Source: Candidatus Babelota bacterium
GTDB taxonomy: Bacteria > Babelota > Babeliae > Babelales > Vermiphilaceae
NCBI GenBank assembly: GCA_049325595.1
Contig: JBMOLF010000001.1
Coordinates: 1 to 64,000 of the forward strand
Direction of reading: 5' to 3'
Length of the DNA stretch: 64,000 nucleotides
Shown: positions 10,180 through 26,271 of the stretch, one piece after another
Numbering within the stretch: position 1 is the stretch's first letter
How the letters are laid out: each line of letters opens with the position of its first letter
Made by a program: the position numbers and the translations under genes
The notes under the pieces: model-generated
The model's database searches: none
Told to the model about the DNA's origin: nothing
Seen by the model: the letters and a program-made list of their open reading frames with translations, nothing else

Positions 10180-11343
10180 TTATGCAAATTGTCGTATTAA
10201 AATAGCAGCACTTATATTGGTCACTGCAGGATTTGGCCCTGCTTGAGGATTAAGAGTTATAATAGTTGGTGTTGCAATCTCTGGCGTCGTCTCATTGCGT
10301 AAAGTAATAACATCACCCGCGTTAAGTTGAATAATAACTGACCCATTATTTTGCTTTGAAACGCTACCCGAGAAATAGCGCGAACCGGCAATAAAGGTAC
10401 TGTTTTGATACAAGGCAAGCTGATTAATCTGGGCACTATTGACATTGTAGGTAATTTCGTACGTACCTGTTCTTTGAATCACAATATCAGTGGAACCCGG
10501 ATTGTGTAAAATGCCGACTAGCACTGCATTGGTATCAAACGGAATTGCTGTAGATCCAGTAAACCCTGAGCCACCACTAATACTCGTAGCACCGCTACTG
10601 TAAATATAAGCAAGTGCTTGGTCTGCTTCGCCAATACCAGTAGCACCTTGTGGGCCCGTAAATCCGGTTAAACCTGTAATACCATTAGCGCCGGTATTGC
10701 CGGTATTACCTTTATTACCTTGAGCTCCCGTAAATCCAGTAAATCCCGGATCTCCCGTTATACCCTGTGGACCAGTATTTCCAGTTGCACCTTGCAATCC
10801 GCGCGCGCCGGCAGCTCCTTGATTACCGGTAAAGCCCGTAATGCCCGGATCTCCGGTAGCACCTGTAGGTCCCGTTGCACCTCTAGGTCCGACACCTGGA
10901 TCACACACAATGTTGGGGGCATTACAACAAACAGTTAAGTTCCCACAAATAAGTACATCTTTTTTAACACATACCTTGTTAAAGCGTTTGCATTGTTTTT
11001 TTACCTCTGTTGCGCTTAAAACAATATCAGCATTATTATGTGCAATTTGTTCTTGATAGTGTGCAACCGCTACTAGGTCTGCTTCACTACAGCTATTCAT
11101 ATCATGTACCGCAGCAGAAAATAATTGGCTAGGTACAACATTTTTTTCTTCTTCAATACTTTGGCTTAATGCTTTTAATGCTATTGATTGATCATTTGCA
11201 TCAGCCTGCTTTTTGATGATATGCTTAATTTCATCAGTTAAAATAACATACTGAGTCTCGGGTTTATCGGAATAAAACGTTAAATCAGCTCTAGCGCAAT
11301 AACTTATTGCGATAAGCATGATTACAAATAATTGGTAGATCAT
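10180..11343 (-). CDS. Collagen-like protein, A-type chain of cassette T1 (~28-29 triplets)
   Basis: Signal peptide, neck [17 protein letters not shown], uninterrupted collagen, head with GTYEITY and LNAGDVITLRN, ends ILIRQFA. Confidence 0.9.
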   Translation of the reverse strand: MIYQLFVIMLIAISYCARADLTFYSDKPETQYVILTDEIKHIIKKQADANDQSIALKALSQSIEEEKNVVPSQLFSAAVHDMNSCSEADLVAVAHYQEQIAHNNADIVLSATEVKKQCKRFNKVCVKKDVLICGNLTVCCNAPNIVCDPGVGPRGATGPTGATGDPGITGFTGNQGAAGARGLQGATGNTGPQGITGDPGFTGFTGAQGNKGNTGNTGANGITGLTGFTGPQGATGIGEADQALAYIYSSGATSISGGSGFTGSTAIPFDTNAVLVGILHNPGSTDIVIQRTGTYEITYNVNSAQINQLALYQNSTFIAGSRYFSGSVSKQNNGSVIIQLNAGDVITLRNETTPEIATPTIITLNPQAGPNPAVTNISAAILIRQFA

Positions 11344-11486
11344 TACTTCTCCCTTTTAATTATTAAATATTAATCCAGTCACACACAAAAATCAGTTCGG
11401 TATGGTTGCTATAGAAGCAACTGCCATTGAGCTCAAACATTAACCATAAAAAATGTTACGGATTTCATGTAATTATTCTTTACTAC

Positions 11487-12404
11487 TTATGCAATTTGTC
11501 TTATCAAGATTGATGCATTAATACTGTCTGCATCAAACCCGGCAGGTGGCGTTACTAAGTCAATATTATTAGCACCCGTACGAGCCGCTAAATTAATAAT
11601 ATCACCTGCATTAAGTTGAAGAATACCTTGTCCTCTAATTTGTAAGGGGGTACTAGGGCTATCAAAAAAACCTACACCACCACTTGTTCTAATTGCAATC
11701 ACTTCATAGGTAATTTCATATAATCCCGTATTATTCACCGTAATATCTATATCATTTACGGAATGAGTAATATTTTGTAATATGCCATTACTATTAAAAC
11801 TCACAAAACTTACGGCTGTTTGTGCAGCCGTATTATAAATATACGCATAACTCAATGCAACACCCGGTTCACCAGTAGCACCAGGAGCACCGGCAGCGCC
11901 AAGAGGACCCGTATTACCAGTAAATCCTGTTAGCCCCGTGATGCCAGTTTGCCCGGTAGCGCCAGTGTCTCCGGTAGCTCCTGGAGCGCAAGCTGACCCT
12001 TGGCAATTCAATCCATTAATAAATGCGCTATTGCAAACTAACAAATCACCACCAATGACCATATTATTTTTTACACAGAGTCGATTAAATATTTTATTTT
12101 TTTTGTGCGCACGCGCTACATCACAAACTATTTCCGGATCATGATTAAGCAGTGCATGGTAATAGGTAGCAACAACACTCATTTCATCGTGAGTAAGTAT
12201 TGTATGTTTATCTAACTCAGCAACACGTTGCACACAAGAATGTGAACAGCATGATGAATAATTTTCTATAATATGACAAATTGGCTCAACAGATGCATAA
12301 TAATCTATTGTTTGATTATGATCATGGGCAAAAAAATTAATACACCATATACTTAGAACAGCACATACGCTATTCATAAGTATTAGTTTTCTATTCTGCT
12401 GCAT
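11487..12404 (-). CDS. Orphan A-type collagen-like protein, shortened (~14 triplets)
   Basis: Neck [20 protein letters not shown]-type ending ASILIRQIA; N-domain, stalk and head all shorter than in paralogs. Confidence 0.85.
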   Translation of the reverse strand: MQQNRKLILMNSVCAVLSIWCINFFAHDHNQTIDYYASVEPICHIIENYSSCCSHSCVQRVAELDKHTILTHDEMSVVATYYHALLNHDPEIVCDVARAHKKNKIFNRLCVKNNMVIGGDLLVCNSAFINGLNCQGSACAPGATGDTGATGQTGITGLTGFTGNTGPLGAAGAPGATGEPGVALSYAYIYNTAAQTAVSFVSFNSNGILQNITHSVNDIDITVNNTGLYEITYEVIAIRTSGGVGFFDSPSTPLQIRGQGILQLNAGDIINLAARTGANNIDLVTPPAGFDADSINASILIRQIA

Positions 12405-12529
12405 ATACTTCTCCTTTTTACATGATAATACAGAGGAATGTTACCTATACTTCATACAAAAAAAGTAAGGTATTACGCAAAGGTTTAGAATCGCAGCAAA
12501 ACGAAAAAATCGTCGACTAGATAAGTGAA

Positions 12530-12557
12530 AAAAGCCGAAAATTTCTTTTCGGCTTTT
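12530..12557 (-). terminator. Intrinsic terminator closing collagen cassette T2
   Basis: AAAAGCCGAAAA...TTTTCGGCTTTT perfect stem 12 nt after the 12570 stop. Confidence 0.8.
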
Positions 12558-12569
12558 ATAATTTAAAAA

Positions 12570-13772
<1,203 letters not shown>

Positions 13773-14963
13773 TTAACTTGCAATACGTCTTATGAGCAAT
13801 GCAGCAGATGTTCCTATATTAGCGCCTCCCATGCTACCACTTAATCGAGCTTGCGCTTGAGCCGTAAAAATATTTACCAATGACACCGTGGTATTTGGAA
13901 CTGTTACCGTTAAAATTCCTTGTCCATACGCTTGCGAAAAATTATTGGGATTTCCGAAATTAAAGCTGGTATCCTGGACTCCATTTACAAATAAACTCCA
14001 GCGCGATGCACCTAATATATTGGTTGAAATAAAAGTAATTTCATAGGTGCCAGTATTTGCAATAGTAACTACCCCACCTGCTACCGACAATCCCACGGGA
14101 ACTGTAGGAATTGAATCGGCAAAAGGAACTGGACTACCTAATGGCACTACAACTCCTGTTCCACCGGTTATTAAAAACATAGCATAAGCTAATGGACTTA
14201 ATGGCGCCCCGTCTGGACCCGTTGCTCCCGTATTGCCCGTGGCGCCAGCAGAACCCACAACAGAAGGGCCTCTTGCTCCCGTTGGCCCAGTAAAACCGGT
14301 AAAACCAGTTGACCCCGTATTGCCGGTATTACCTGACGCACCTAATGCACCAAAAGCTCCTTGAGGTCCAGTAAAACCAGTAAACCCGGTGTCTCCGGTG
14401 TTACCGGTATTTCCAAGAGGACCTGTTGCTCCTTGCGCCCCGCGAGAGCCAGTTGGCCCAGTAACACCAGTTATTGGATCGAGTGAAGCCGTAACGTTAG
14501 CACAAATAAGACCTCCTACACAAAGATTGCCACAAATTTTAAGATTATTCGCACAGAGTTGGCAATACACTTTACATTTTTTCTTAGGAGTATAGTCGTT
14601 GTTTTTTTCAGAGATTACTGTAGTGTAAAATTGCTGAATGCAATCTTTGTATGGGCAATCTTGGGCACTCAAGAATTCACTAAATTTTAATACCGATTCA
14701 ATACCTAATCTAACCAATTCTACATTAACATAGTTATTTTTTTCTAATGCAGCACATAATTGCTGAAAATCATTGTCTACTAATAGCGCACATGTTCCAC
14801 GATTTAGAGCTTGTAAGCCCTCTTTAACACATTCAGGAAGACATATTTTAATAACTTGTTCTTCTGTTTGTGTTAATTCATTTTCTAAAACATCTGCTTG
14901 TAGTGGAAGGTATGGCAAGCATGCCAATATACCTATCATATATAAGTTTATACTCTTTTTCAT
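13773..14963 (-). CDS. Collagen-like protein, B-type chain of cassette T2 (~29 triplets)
   Basis: Neck [26 protein letters not shown], 23 + VV + 6 triplets, AYAMF, YGQG, ends ALLIRRIAS. Confidence 0.9.
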   Translation of the reverse strand: MKKSINLYMIGILACLPYLPLQADVLENELTQTEEQVIKICLPECVKEGLQALNRGTCALLVDNDFQQLCAALEKNNYVNVELVRLGIESVLKFSEFLSAQDCPYKDCIQQFYTTVISEKNNDYTPKKKCKVYCQLCANNLKICGNLCVGGLICANVTASLDPITGVTGPTGSRGAQGATGPLGNTGNTGDTGFTGFTGPQGAFGALGASGNTGNTGSTGFTGFTGPTGARGPSVVGSAGATGNTGATGPDGAPLSPLAYAMFLITGGTGVVVPLGSPVPFADSIPTVPVGLSVAGGVVTIANTGTYEITFISTNILGASRWSLFVNGVQDTSFNFGNPNNFSQAYGQGILTVTVPNTTVSLVNIFTAQAQARLSGSMGGANIGTSAALLIRRIAS

Positions 14964-14974
14964 ACCAGTCCTTT

Positions 14975-16186
<1,212 letters not shown>

Positions 16187-16411
16187 TACTAACTCCTTAT
16201 TAAAAATAGAACGAATTATTTATTTTTTACAAAAAATATTAGTGTTAAATCAATACAACTGAAAAATAGACTCTCTCACAATTTCATTATTCTTGCTGAA
16301 CAAGCAAATAAAATAAAAGGACGACATTCAACACCGAGTACATTGATTATTCTCAGATGACCATTCAAGATCTAAAAAAATTACTTGTTTTCTCACAACA
16401 AAAAAACAAAC

Positions 16412-16435
16412 TCCCCCGAGTAAAACTCAGGGGGA
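16412..16435 (-). terminator. Intrinsic terminator closing collagen cassette T3
   Basis: TCCCCCGAGT...ACTCAGGGGGA GC-rich stem followed by a T-run on the minus strand. Confidence 0.75.
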
Positions 16436-16457
16436 AAATTTGAATATCAAAAATAGG

Positions 16458-17777
<1,320 letters not shown>

Positions 17778-17787
17778 GTATTTCTCC

Positions 17788-19152
<1,365 letters not shown>

Positions 19153-19163
19153 GAGCTACCCTT

Positions 19164-20534
19164 TTACCCAATTTGACGTACAATTATTGATGCGGCTACA
19201 TTTTGATTATCAGTACTTGTCGCAAATCCTGTTGAGCTTACTACAATTGAAACTCCAGAAGCATTCACACATCGAATCGTAAGTACATCTCCTGCATTTG
19301 CAGAAAAAACTACCCTACCAGTAACCGATGCCGGTGTCTTAAACCCAGTAATAAAATAAAGAGTTGCTCCTGGTATTAAACTTCCATTAAGAGCAGCCGT
19401 AAATCGAGATGTAGTAGCTGTTCTAATAGTATACAAAACCTCATAGGTACCGGTAGTTGAAATCTCAATATTAGTACTTCCCGGTGCGTGAGTAATACCA
19501 CTTATTGGTCCATTAGTAGTAAATGGAACTGAAGCACTATCAGCTAAAGTAGTTGGATCACCTCCTGTCACGCTCGTTGTTCCACTAAAATAAGCGTATA
19601 AAAATGCTGCATCGCCAGCTGCAAGACCTGCTGCACCAGAATTTCCAGTAAAACCGGTAAAACCCGTAAAGCCAGTCGGACCTGTATTGCCGGTGGCACC
19701 CAATGCACCGAGCGCCCCCCGAGCGCCTATAGGACCCGTAAAGCCGGTGAATCCGCTCGGGCCGGTGTTGCCTGTAGCGCCCAATGCACCGACATTTCCT
19801 TGCGGGCCGGTAAAGCCGGTAGAGCCTGTGTCACCGGTAAAACCCGTGTTACCCGTATTACCCATCGCTCCTGCTGCACCCTGCGGACCGGTAAAACCGG
19901 TAAAGCCCGTTGGGCCCGTAGGTCCAGTAAAGCCAGTCTCGCCAAGCGCGCCTAAAGCGCCCAATGCACCTTGTGGACCGGTAAAACCGGTAAAACCTGT
20001 ATCACCTGCGGCTCCTGTTGCACCTGTTTGGCCTGAACCTCCTATAGCACTGCATGGCTGGGTAATGTTTGGATCCGGGCAAATAGTGCCGCATACAATT
20101 AAGTTGCCCCCAATACGTGCATTCCCACAAACAAAAAGTTCATTAAATGTTTTGCACCGTTTACGCACGGTATCTTCGTCGCAGACAACGCAATCATCTA
20201 AATTAATTAGTTGTTCATAATAGGCATTAACAATATTTAAATCTTGTTGATCTAAAGACAATGCACGCAATTCTTGCGCTGCACATATCATTAACTCAAG
20301 TGGCATATATTCTAGAGTGTGATCAGCGCAGGCTGCTGCCAATGCCACTAATCCTGGGGTATCTTGCATTAATGATGGATCAATTTTGGTACCAATTGAT
20401 CTAATAGGAAAAGTTTTAGCATAATGTTGATTGGGATTGTTACTGGTAAAGGTAATCTGATTTTCTGCTCTTATTATCAAAGAAAATAGTAGCAATAGAA
20501 AAACAGAATTTCGTCTCCATGAGACTATATTCAT
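19164..20534 (-). CDS. Collagen-like protein, A-type chain of cassette T3 (~47 triplets)
   Basis: Neck [29 protein letters not shown], 47 uninterrupted triplets, ends IIVRQIG. Confidence 0.9.
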   Translation of the reverse strand: MNIVSWRRNSVFLLLLFSLIIRAENQITFTSNNPNQHYAKTFPIRSIGTKIDPSLMQDTPGLVALAAACADHTLEYMPLELMICAAQELRALSLDQQDLNIVNAYYEQLINLDDCVVCDEDTVRKRCKTFNELFVCGNARIGGNLIVCGTICPDPNITQPCSAIGGSGQTGATGAAGDTGFTGFTGPQGALGALGALGETGFTGPTGPTGFTGFTGPQGAAGAMGNTGNTGFTGDTGSTGFTGPQGNVGALGATGNTGPSGFTGFTGPIGARGALGALGATGNTGPTGFTGFTGFTGNSGAAGLAAGDAAFLYAYFSGTTSVTGGDPTTLADSASVPFTTNGPISGITHAPGSTNIEISTTGTYEVLYTIRTATTSRFTAALNGSLIPGATLYFITGFKTPASVTGRVVFSANAGDVLTIRCVNASGVSIVVSSTGFATSTDNQNVAASIIVRQIG

Positions 20535-20591
20535 TACCGACTCCTTTTTTTAGGTTGATTATTTTTTGCTTCAGAACGTTTGATCTTTGAA

Positions 20592-20620
20592 AGACTAGAA
20601 ATTTTTTTTTGAAAAATCAA
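20592..20620 (-). promoter_or_regulatory. Putative sigma70 promoter for cassette T3
   Basis: TTGATT-17 nt-TAGTCT on the minus strand, ~57 nt upstream of the 20534 start. Confidence 0.5.
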
Positions 20621-20635
20621 AAATAGTTAAAATAG

Positions 20636-20668
20636 AAAAACACCACCAAAAATATTGATGGTGTTTTT
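20636..20668 (-). terminator. Intrinsic terminator closing collagen cassette T4
   Basis: AAAAACACCA...TGGTGTTTTT stem flanked by A/T runs. Confidence 0.65.
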
Positions 20669-20796
20669 AGAAAATTTAAAATAAAGTTAAATCCCACTTT
20701 GAATCACAAAATTGCACTACCTTTTTGCGTAGGTAATAGCTTTCGGTCTGCTTTCTCCGTTTTTATAATTTCTTTAAAAACAATGCTATCGTAATA

Positions 20797-21960
20797 TCAT
20801 AATAACTTTCTCACATAAAGACTGGCAGTAACTGAACCGGGAAATTCAGCAGCATGTTGCAACGTTAAGGTATTAGTTATTGTGCCGGTGTTATTTAATA
20901 ATCGTACTGAGTCACCAGCATTTACAACGGCTATAAATTGACCATTCATGGGACGAGATCTGGTAGTTGCAAGTGTAGAACTTCCCGCTCCGTAGGTAGC
21001 AGCATTAAAAAGAGAATTAGATGAATCAATTGCTCGTATTTGAATTTCATTACTTGATGATGAACCAGTTTTAAACCCATTTACTTGGTAGGTAATTTCA
21101 TAAATACCATCAGACAAAAAAATAATGCTATCAGAGGTAACGGCCATATTTACTACTAATCCTACCGTTGCTAATGGTATGGTGCTTGCAAAAGGAACAA
21201 CACTCTGGTCGGTACTATAAATATAAGCATATGCTTCACTACCACCTGCTGGTCCGGTATTACCCGTTGGGCCTTGTTGACCAACAGCGCCTTGCATACC
21301 GGTAAAACCGGTAAATCCTGTAAAGCCGGTTGGCCCTGTATTACCTATGGCGCCAAGTGCACCTCGCGAACCTTGTGCACCGGTATTGCCGCTATTACCA
21401 GTTTGTCCTGTCTGTCCTATTGCTCCAGAAAAACCAGTAGGACCTTGTGCTTGTTCTTGCAAACCAGCATTGCCGGTAAGACCAGTCTGACCAGTAAAAC
21501 CAGTTAGCCCTGTTAAGGTGCTTATGCAATTTCCCGCAAATGTTCCCTGTATACTACCTTGCACTATTAAATTATTCACACGCACTGATTCAGTAACACA
21601 CAAATTATTAATCACTTTAGGTCTTGATCGCACTTGGTTTGCAATCATTTTTTTTATACTTATTATTTGTGACTCAATCTGCTCATGTAAATGCATATGA
21701 TTTAAATGATTCATTTCAAGATATGTTTGCATTTCAATTAATGCATTTAATACTAGCACGCTTGAAAGTTCTTGATACCCATCCAATTGCGCATACTTTA
21801 CTACTTGTATGGCTGGCGACACATTAGTTTGGGGAATTAAGTGGGTCACTTGTTGAATTAACTCACTCATCTCACCAGACAAACTTACCAGACATTCATG
21901 AGCGTTAAGCACAGTATTAATAGCACAAAATAGAACGAAAATAGTTTTATTAATTTTCAT
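20797..21960 (-). CDS. Collagen-like protein, C-type chain of cassette T4 (~29 triplets)
   Basis: Neck [21 protein letters not shown], 6 + EQAQ + 23 triplets, ends SLYVRKLL. Confidence 0.9.
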   Translation of the reverse strand: MKINKTIFVLFCAINTVLNAHECLVSLSGEMSELIQQVTHLIPQTNVSPAIQVVKYAQLDGYQELSSVLVLNALIEMQTYLEMNHLNHMHLHEQIESQIISIKKMIANQVRSRPKVINNLCVTESVRVNNLIVQGSIQGTFAGNCISTLTGLTGFTGQTGLTGNAGLQEQAQGPTGFSGAIGQTGQTGNSGNTGAQGSRGALGAIGNTGPTGFTGFTGFTGMQGAVGQQGPTGNTGPAGGSEAYAYIYSTDQSVVPFASTIPLATVGLVVNMAVTSDSIIFLSDGIYEITYQVNGFKTGSSSSNEIQIRAIDSSNSLFNAATYGAGSSTLATTRSRPMNGQFIAVVNAGDSVRLLNNTGTITNTLTLQHAAEFPGSVTASLYVRKLL

Positions 21961-21972
21961 ATTTTCTCCATT

Positions 21973-23112
21973 TCAAGCAATACGTTTAATTAATAGCGAT
22001 GCAGAAGTCGTAATATCTTGCCCTCCTAAATTGCCAAGCAAATCTGCATCAGTGTTGGGGTTGGCATTAATTAATGAAATCGTGGTATTTGCAGGAACGG
22101 TTATTATGGCATGACCATAGCCTTGACCAAAATTACCAGCTAGGCCAGGCAAGCTGGGGTCATACAACACACCATTAATTGCCAATCCAAAAATATCTTC
22201 TGAGGTAACTATATGTACCACTTCATAGGTTCCCGTATTAAGAATGGTAATATTACTGCCAGAAAACGACATTCCAATGGGAATATCAGGAATAGAACCA
22301 GCAAATATTACTGATGTGTTATTTCCCGTTAAAGAAACGTTGCCCGTAACGTAGAACATACCAAAAGCAGGCTCAAGATTTATTCCTGCAGGACCGGTAG
22401 CGCCAGTTACCGTGTTAGTAGGACCTGTAGAACCAATATTACCCACCGCTCCGATAGCACCTTGGGCACCGGTAAATCCGGTAAAACCAGTAGGTCCTGT
22501 TGCACCAGTAGCTCCTGTTTGGCCAGAATTTCCTTGCGCACCTTGATTACCCGTATACCCAGTAAAACCGGTTTGTCCGGTAGGACCAGTATTACCCAGT
22601 GGGCCAGTTGCACCCTGAGCACCTTGTGTACCCTGTTCACCGCGGACACCTTGTTGCGGGTCGATTCGAAGATGAGAAGCACAAATAATTCCTTTAACAC
22701 ACACATTGCCACATATTTTGAGCGTATTTGCACACAATGTGTCATATGTTTTATTTTTTATTTTTTTCTTGCTACTCGATTCATCTAACTTTAAATTGTG
22801 CAAATAGTGCTTCATGCGTAATTTTAATGGCCAATCTTGTTCAGAAATAAATTCATCATATGTAAAAATTGATTCAAGCGCATTAATGAGCAACTGTTTG
22901 TTTATCCATTTTTTTTGCGCAAGCATATTGCATAGTTCTTCAAAAGTTTGATCAACCAACATAATGCGTGAGTTTCTCTTGAGATCAACCACTCCTGTCC
23001 GAACCCAATCAGGCACAAAAACTTTTTGTGTTTCATCATGCGTTATCGCACACATTTTTGAAGCAGTACCTACGGTTATAAACAATAAAATAAATAAAAT
23101 AAAATATTTCAT
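21973..23112 (-). CDS. Collagen-like protein, B-type chain of cassette T4 (~29 triplets)
   Basis: Start reassigned to MKYFILF (AGGAG RBS, removes overlap); neck [20 protein letters not shown], 26 + NTVT + 3 triplets, ends SLLIKRIA. Confidence 0.9.
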   Translation of the reverse strand: MKYFILFILLFITVGTASKMCAITHDETQKVFVPDWVRTGVVDLKRNSRIMLVDQTFEELCNMLAQKKWINKQLLINALESIFTYDEFISEQDWPLKLRMKHYLHNLKLDESSSKKKIKNKTYDTLCANTLKICGNVCVKGIICASHLRIDPQQGVRGEQGTQGAQGATGPLGNTGPTGQTGFTGYTGNQGAQGNSGQTGATGATGPTGFTGFTGAQGAIGAVGNIGSTGPTNTVTGATGPAGINLEPAFGMFYVTGNVSLTGNNTSVIFAGSIPDIPIGMSFSGSNITILNTGTYEVVHIVTSEDIFGLAINGVLYDPSLPGLAGNFGQGYGHAIITVPANTTISLINANPNTDADLLGNLGGQDITTSASLLIKRIA

Positions 23113-23120
23113 TCTCGCTC

Positions 23121-24335
23121 CTAATCTAATTGCCGAATAATAAGTGTGGCTGCCGGATTCACCCAAATGGGTGGAGTATTTCTGCGCGTTTGAGAAATTA
23201 CATAGGTTTCGTTATTGGAATTTACGTTGCGAATGGTAACAACATCACCAGCTTGTGCGTTGAAAATTACCTGTCCATTAACAAAAGGAAAATTAAATGT
23301 ATCAAGACCAGAGTTGTATAACCCACCACCAAGTAATGTGTCGTTTACATAAACCCCAAATTGAATTGGCGCAACATTAAGAAATGCTGAAACGCGATAC
23401 AATACCTCATAACGACCAGGGTTAACAATAGTAACCTGCGAACTTCCTATGGTATAATTAACTGATTGTATTGCTTCAGATGTGCCAAATGGAATAGGCG
23501 CTCCAAGTAACACTCCCGTAGGCCCTGAAACCGAAATAACACCTGTCGCGATTAAAAAAGCATACGCTCTTAATGATGCGGGTATTCCTTGTGCACCACT
23601 ATTTCCCGTAAAACCAGTAAAACCTGTCTGACCGGTTGGTCCAGTAAAACCTGTTGCTCCTGCAGCTCCAACAGCACCTTGTGGTCCAGTAAATCCCGTA
23701 AAGCCGGTGTTCCCATCTGCTCCCGTAAACCCAGAGTCTCCGGTAGTACCTTGCAAACCAAGACCACCGGTATTTCCAGTAAAACCGCTAAAACCCGTTT
23801 GCCCCGTTACACCGGTTGTACCGGTATTTCCCGTGGCACCTTGGGGACCAAAACAAGAAATTTCCGGATCTGGGCACATGGTATTACACACCACCAAATT
23901 ACCACCAATACATGCATTACCTTTGACACATAATGTGTTAAATTTTTTACCATTACCACGTAGAAAATTTTCTGCAAAAACAACATCTTCATTATGTGTA
24001 AGAAGCTGCTGGTAATATTCTTTTATGAGTTGGTAGCTACTCGTATCTGGTGGCAAGAGCATTAACAGTTCGTGTAATGCGCAAATCATTATTTCAAGCG
24101 GCACATACTCAACTTCATTGTTTTCTGTACTATGTGCGATTGCTTTGAGCCCACTATTATTGGCTCGTAGATCGGCAGATAAGGTATCAATTATTTGTTT
24201 AACCGGTTGGATAATAGCAGCATATAATTGATGATCATGATTGTTTTCAAAAACAATTTTTTCATCAGGTTGTGTATAAACATGATAGGGAACAATGAGC
24301 ATTAGCATAAGCATAATGCCAAAACCTTGCTTCAT
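23121..24335 (-). CDS. Collagen-like protein, A-type chain of cassette T4 (~30 triplets)
   Basis: Neck [28 protein letters not shown], 30 uninterrupted triplets, ends LIIRQLD. Confidence 0.9.
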   Translation of the reverse strand: MKQGFGIMLMLMLIVPYHVYTQPDEKIVFENNHDHQLYAAIIQPVKQIIDTLSADLRANNSGLKAIAHSTENNEVEYVPLEIMICALHELLMLLPPDTSSYQLIKEYYQQLLTHNEDVVFAENFLRGNGKKFNTLCVKGNACIGGNLVVCNTMCPDPEISCFGPQGATGNTGTTGVTGQTGFSGFTGNTGGLGLQGTTGDSGFTGADGNTGFTGFTGPQGAVGAAGATGFTGPTGQTGFTGFTGNSGAQGIPASLRAYAFLIATGVISVSGPTGVLLGAPIPFGTSEAIQSVNYTIGSSQVTIVNPGRYEVLYRVSAFLNVAPIQFGVYVNDTLLGGGLYNSGLDTFNFPFVNGQVIFNAQAGDVVTIRNVNSNNETYVISQTRRNTPPIWVNPAATLIIRQLD

Positions 24336-24380
24336 ATAAAACTCCTTTTTTGTGTTTTCATAATATATTTGTTAATCAGT

Positions 24381-24457
24381 AGCTTAAAAAAAGAGATGCT
24401 GAAAAACCAAGTATAACCGTGCTAAATAGTTGCAATTTTTCTGTTGATGCATATAAT
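24381..24457. promoter_or_regulatory. Back-to-back putative sigma70 promoters between the collagen array and the glycosyltransferase cluster
   Basis: Plus strand TTGCAA-16-TATAAT (24430-24457); minus strand TTGGTT-18-TAAGCT (24410-24381). Confidence 0.5.
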
Positions 24458-24491
24458 CCACAAAAAAACTATTCAAAAAAGGGAACACTCA

Positions 24492-26264
24492 ATGAAGCAT
24501 CTATTTAAACATCTTATCTATTTGTGTACTTTTATTTTTTATCCATTTTTACTCTATGCAACTCACAAATCATTTGTAGTAATTATTCCCTCATATAACA
24601 ACATTCAATGGTGTGAGCAAAACTTACGTTCGGTGTTTGGACAAGAATACGACAATTATCGCGTAATATATGTCAACGATTGTTCTGATGATGGCACTAA
24701 AGAACGAGTTGAACAGTTGGTTGACCAACTTGGTCAAAAACATAGATTCATGATGATCAATAACACCACACGCCGAGGCGCCATGGCAAATTGGTTCATG
24801 GCCGTATGGTTGTGCGAACCACACGAAGTGGTGGTAAGTTTAGATGGTGATGATTGGTTTGCGCATGAGCGTGTGCTTACCTATTTAGATTCTGTATATC
24901 AAGATCCTGAGGTATGGATGACCTATGGACAATTTATTATCCACAACAACAATCAAATTGGCTGGTGTAGACAAGTTTCTTCAGAAACCATTGAGAAAAA
25001 TCAATTTCGTGACGATGCCTGGGTTACTTCTCATTTAAGAACTTTTTATGCAGGTCTTTTTCATGGCATCCCCAAAGAAGATTTCATGGTAAATGGCCAA
25101 TTTTATCAATCAGCTGCTGATCTTGCTATTATGTATCCGTTATTAGAAAGAGCCGGCAAACATAGTCGCTTTATTCCTGAAATTTTGTATGTGTATAATC
25201 GCATTAATCCAATAAATGATGAACGCGTAAATTATAATTTACAAACTAATCTTGGCATTTATATTCGCGCACAAAAAAGACACCAACCAATCGAGCGATT
25301 TGATGACGCTACCGAACAACGCACCATTTATATTCAAAAAGGATTGTGGGGTTGTTTGTTTGATATTAATTCTCATCACAATCGCGATAACTGTTTATAC
25401 CCTACTTATTTACTTCGCATTGAAATGGCAAAAAAAGGATACCGTTTAGTAGAAACAGATACTATTGTTGGTCATCATAACGCACATGCTATTGTTTGCT
25501 TTGATGTACCAATGGCAGAACTGGAGCGTTTACCAGAATATCCAACAGAAAAATTATATTTGTTTTTGTGGGAACCACCATCAGTTTCACCTCATAATTA
25601 CAATCAAGCTTTCCATTATCCATTTGCTAAAGTTGCTACCTGGATGGATGAATTGGTAGATGGTAAAAAATACCATAAAATGTATTACCCGGTTCGCAAT
25701 GAAGTTATTAAAGATGTTGTTCCTTTTGAACAAAAAAAATTGGCAACCATGATTGCCTTTAATAAAAATTCAGGCCATCCTCGACAACTCTATGGCCAAC
25801 GTGCAGAGCTCGTAAATTTTTTTGAGCACTATCATCAAGAAGATTTTGATATTTACGGCAACTGGTGGCCACAGCATTACAAAACTTATAAAGGAACGGT
25901 AAAGAGCAAAGTAGATACGCTAAAACATTATAAATTTGTATTTGCCTACGAAAACATCGAGGGCATATCAGGTTATGTTACTGAAAAAATGTTTGATGTG
26001 TTTTGGGCTGGAGCTGTTCCCGTGTATTGGGGCGCAGACAATATTGAACAATATGTTCCTAAAAATTGTTTTATTGATCGGAGAGATTTTGCCGATAACG
26101 AACAATTGTATCAGCATCTTAAAAACATGAGCAAAGAAACCTATGAGCAATACCTTGTTAATATCAAAAATTATCTTGCATCATCTCAATCTACAATGTT
26201 TAGTCCACTCAATTTAAGCAACGTATTTAGCCAAATGGTTTTAAATGAACCATTATCAGCATAG
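24492..26264 (+). CDS. Bifunctional GT2 + GT10 (fucosyltransferase-like) fusion with signal peptide
   Basis: VIIPSYN, NDCSDD, LDGDDW (GT2); LWEPP, YKFVFAYEN, GYVTEK, PVYWGA (GT10); start moved to MKHLFK, downstream of the promoter. Confidence 0.88.
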   Translation: MKHLFKHLIYLCTFIFYPFLLYATHKSFVVIIPSYNNIQWCEQNLRSVFGQEYDNYRVIYVNDCSDDGTKERVEQLVDQLGQKHRFMMINNTTRRGAMANWFMAVWLCEPHEVVVSLDGDDWFAHERVLTYLDSVYQDPEVWMTYGQFIIHNNNQIGWCRQVSSETIEKNQFRDDAWVTSHLRTFYAGLFHGIPKEDFMVNGQFYQSAADLAIMYPLLERAGKHSRFIPEILYVYNRINPINDERVNYNLQTNLGIYIRAQKRHQPIERFDDATEQRTIYIQKGLWGCLFDINSHHNRDNCLYPTYLLRIEMAKKGYRLVETDTIVGHHNAHAIVCFDVPMAELERLPEYPTEKLYLFLWEPPSVSPHNYNQAFHYPFAKVATWMDELVDGKKYHKMYYPVRNEVIKDVVPFEQKKLATMIAFNKNSGHPRQLYGQRAELVNFFEHYHQEDFDIYGNWWPQHYKTYKGTVKSKVDTLKHYKFVFAYENIEGISGYVTEKMFDVFWAGAVPVYWGADNIEQYVPKNCFIDRRDFADNEQLYQHLKNMSKETYEQYLVNIKNYLASSQSTMFSPLNLSNVFSQMVLNEPLSA

Positions 26265-26271
26265 GAGTAAT

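Noticed and set aside
23113..23166. Apparent gene overlaps from long ORF-track starts (also 24444, 26245, 27081, 32251, 34161, 37023, 58207)
   Set aside because: Downstream ATGs with good RBS give clean signal peptides or remove the overlaps
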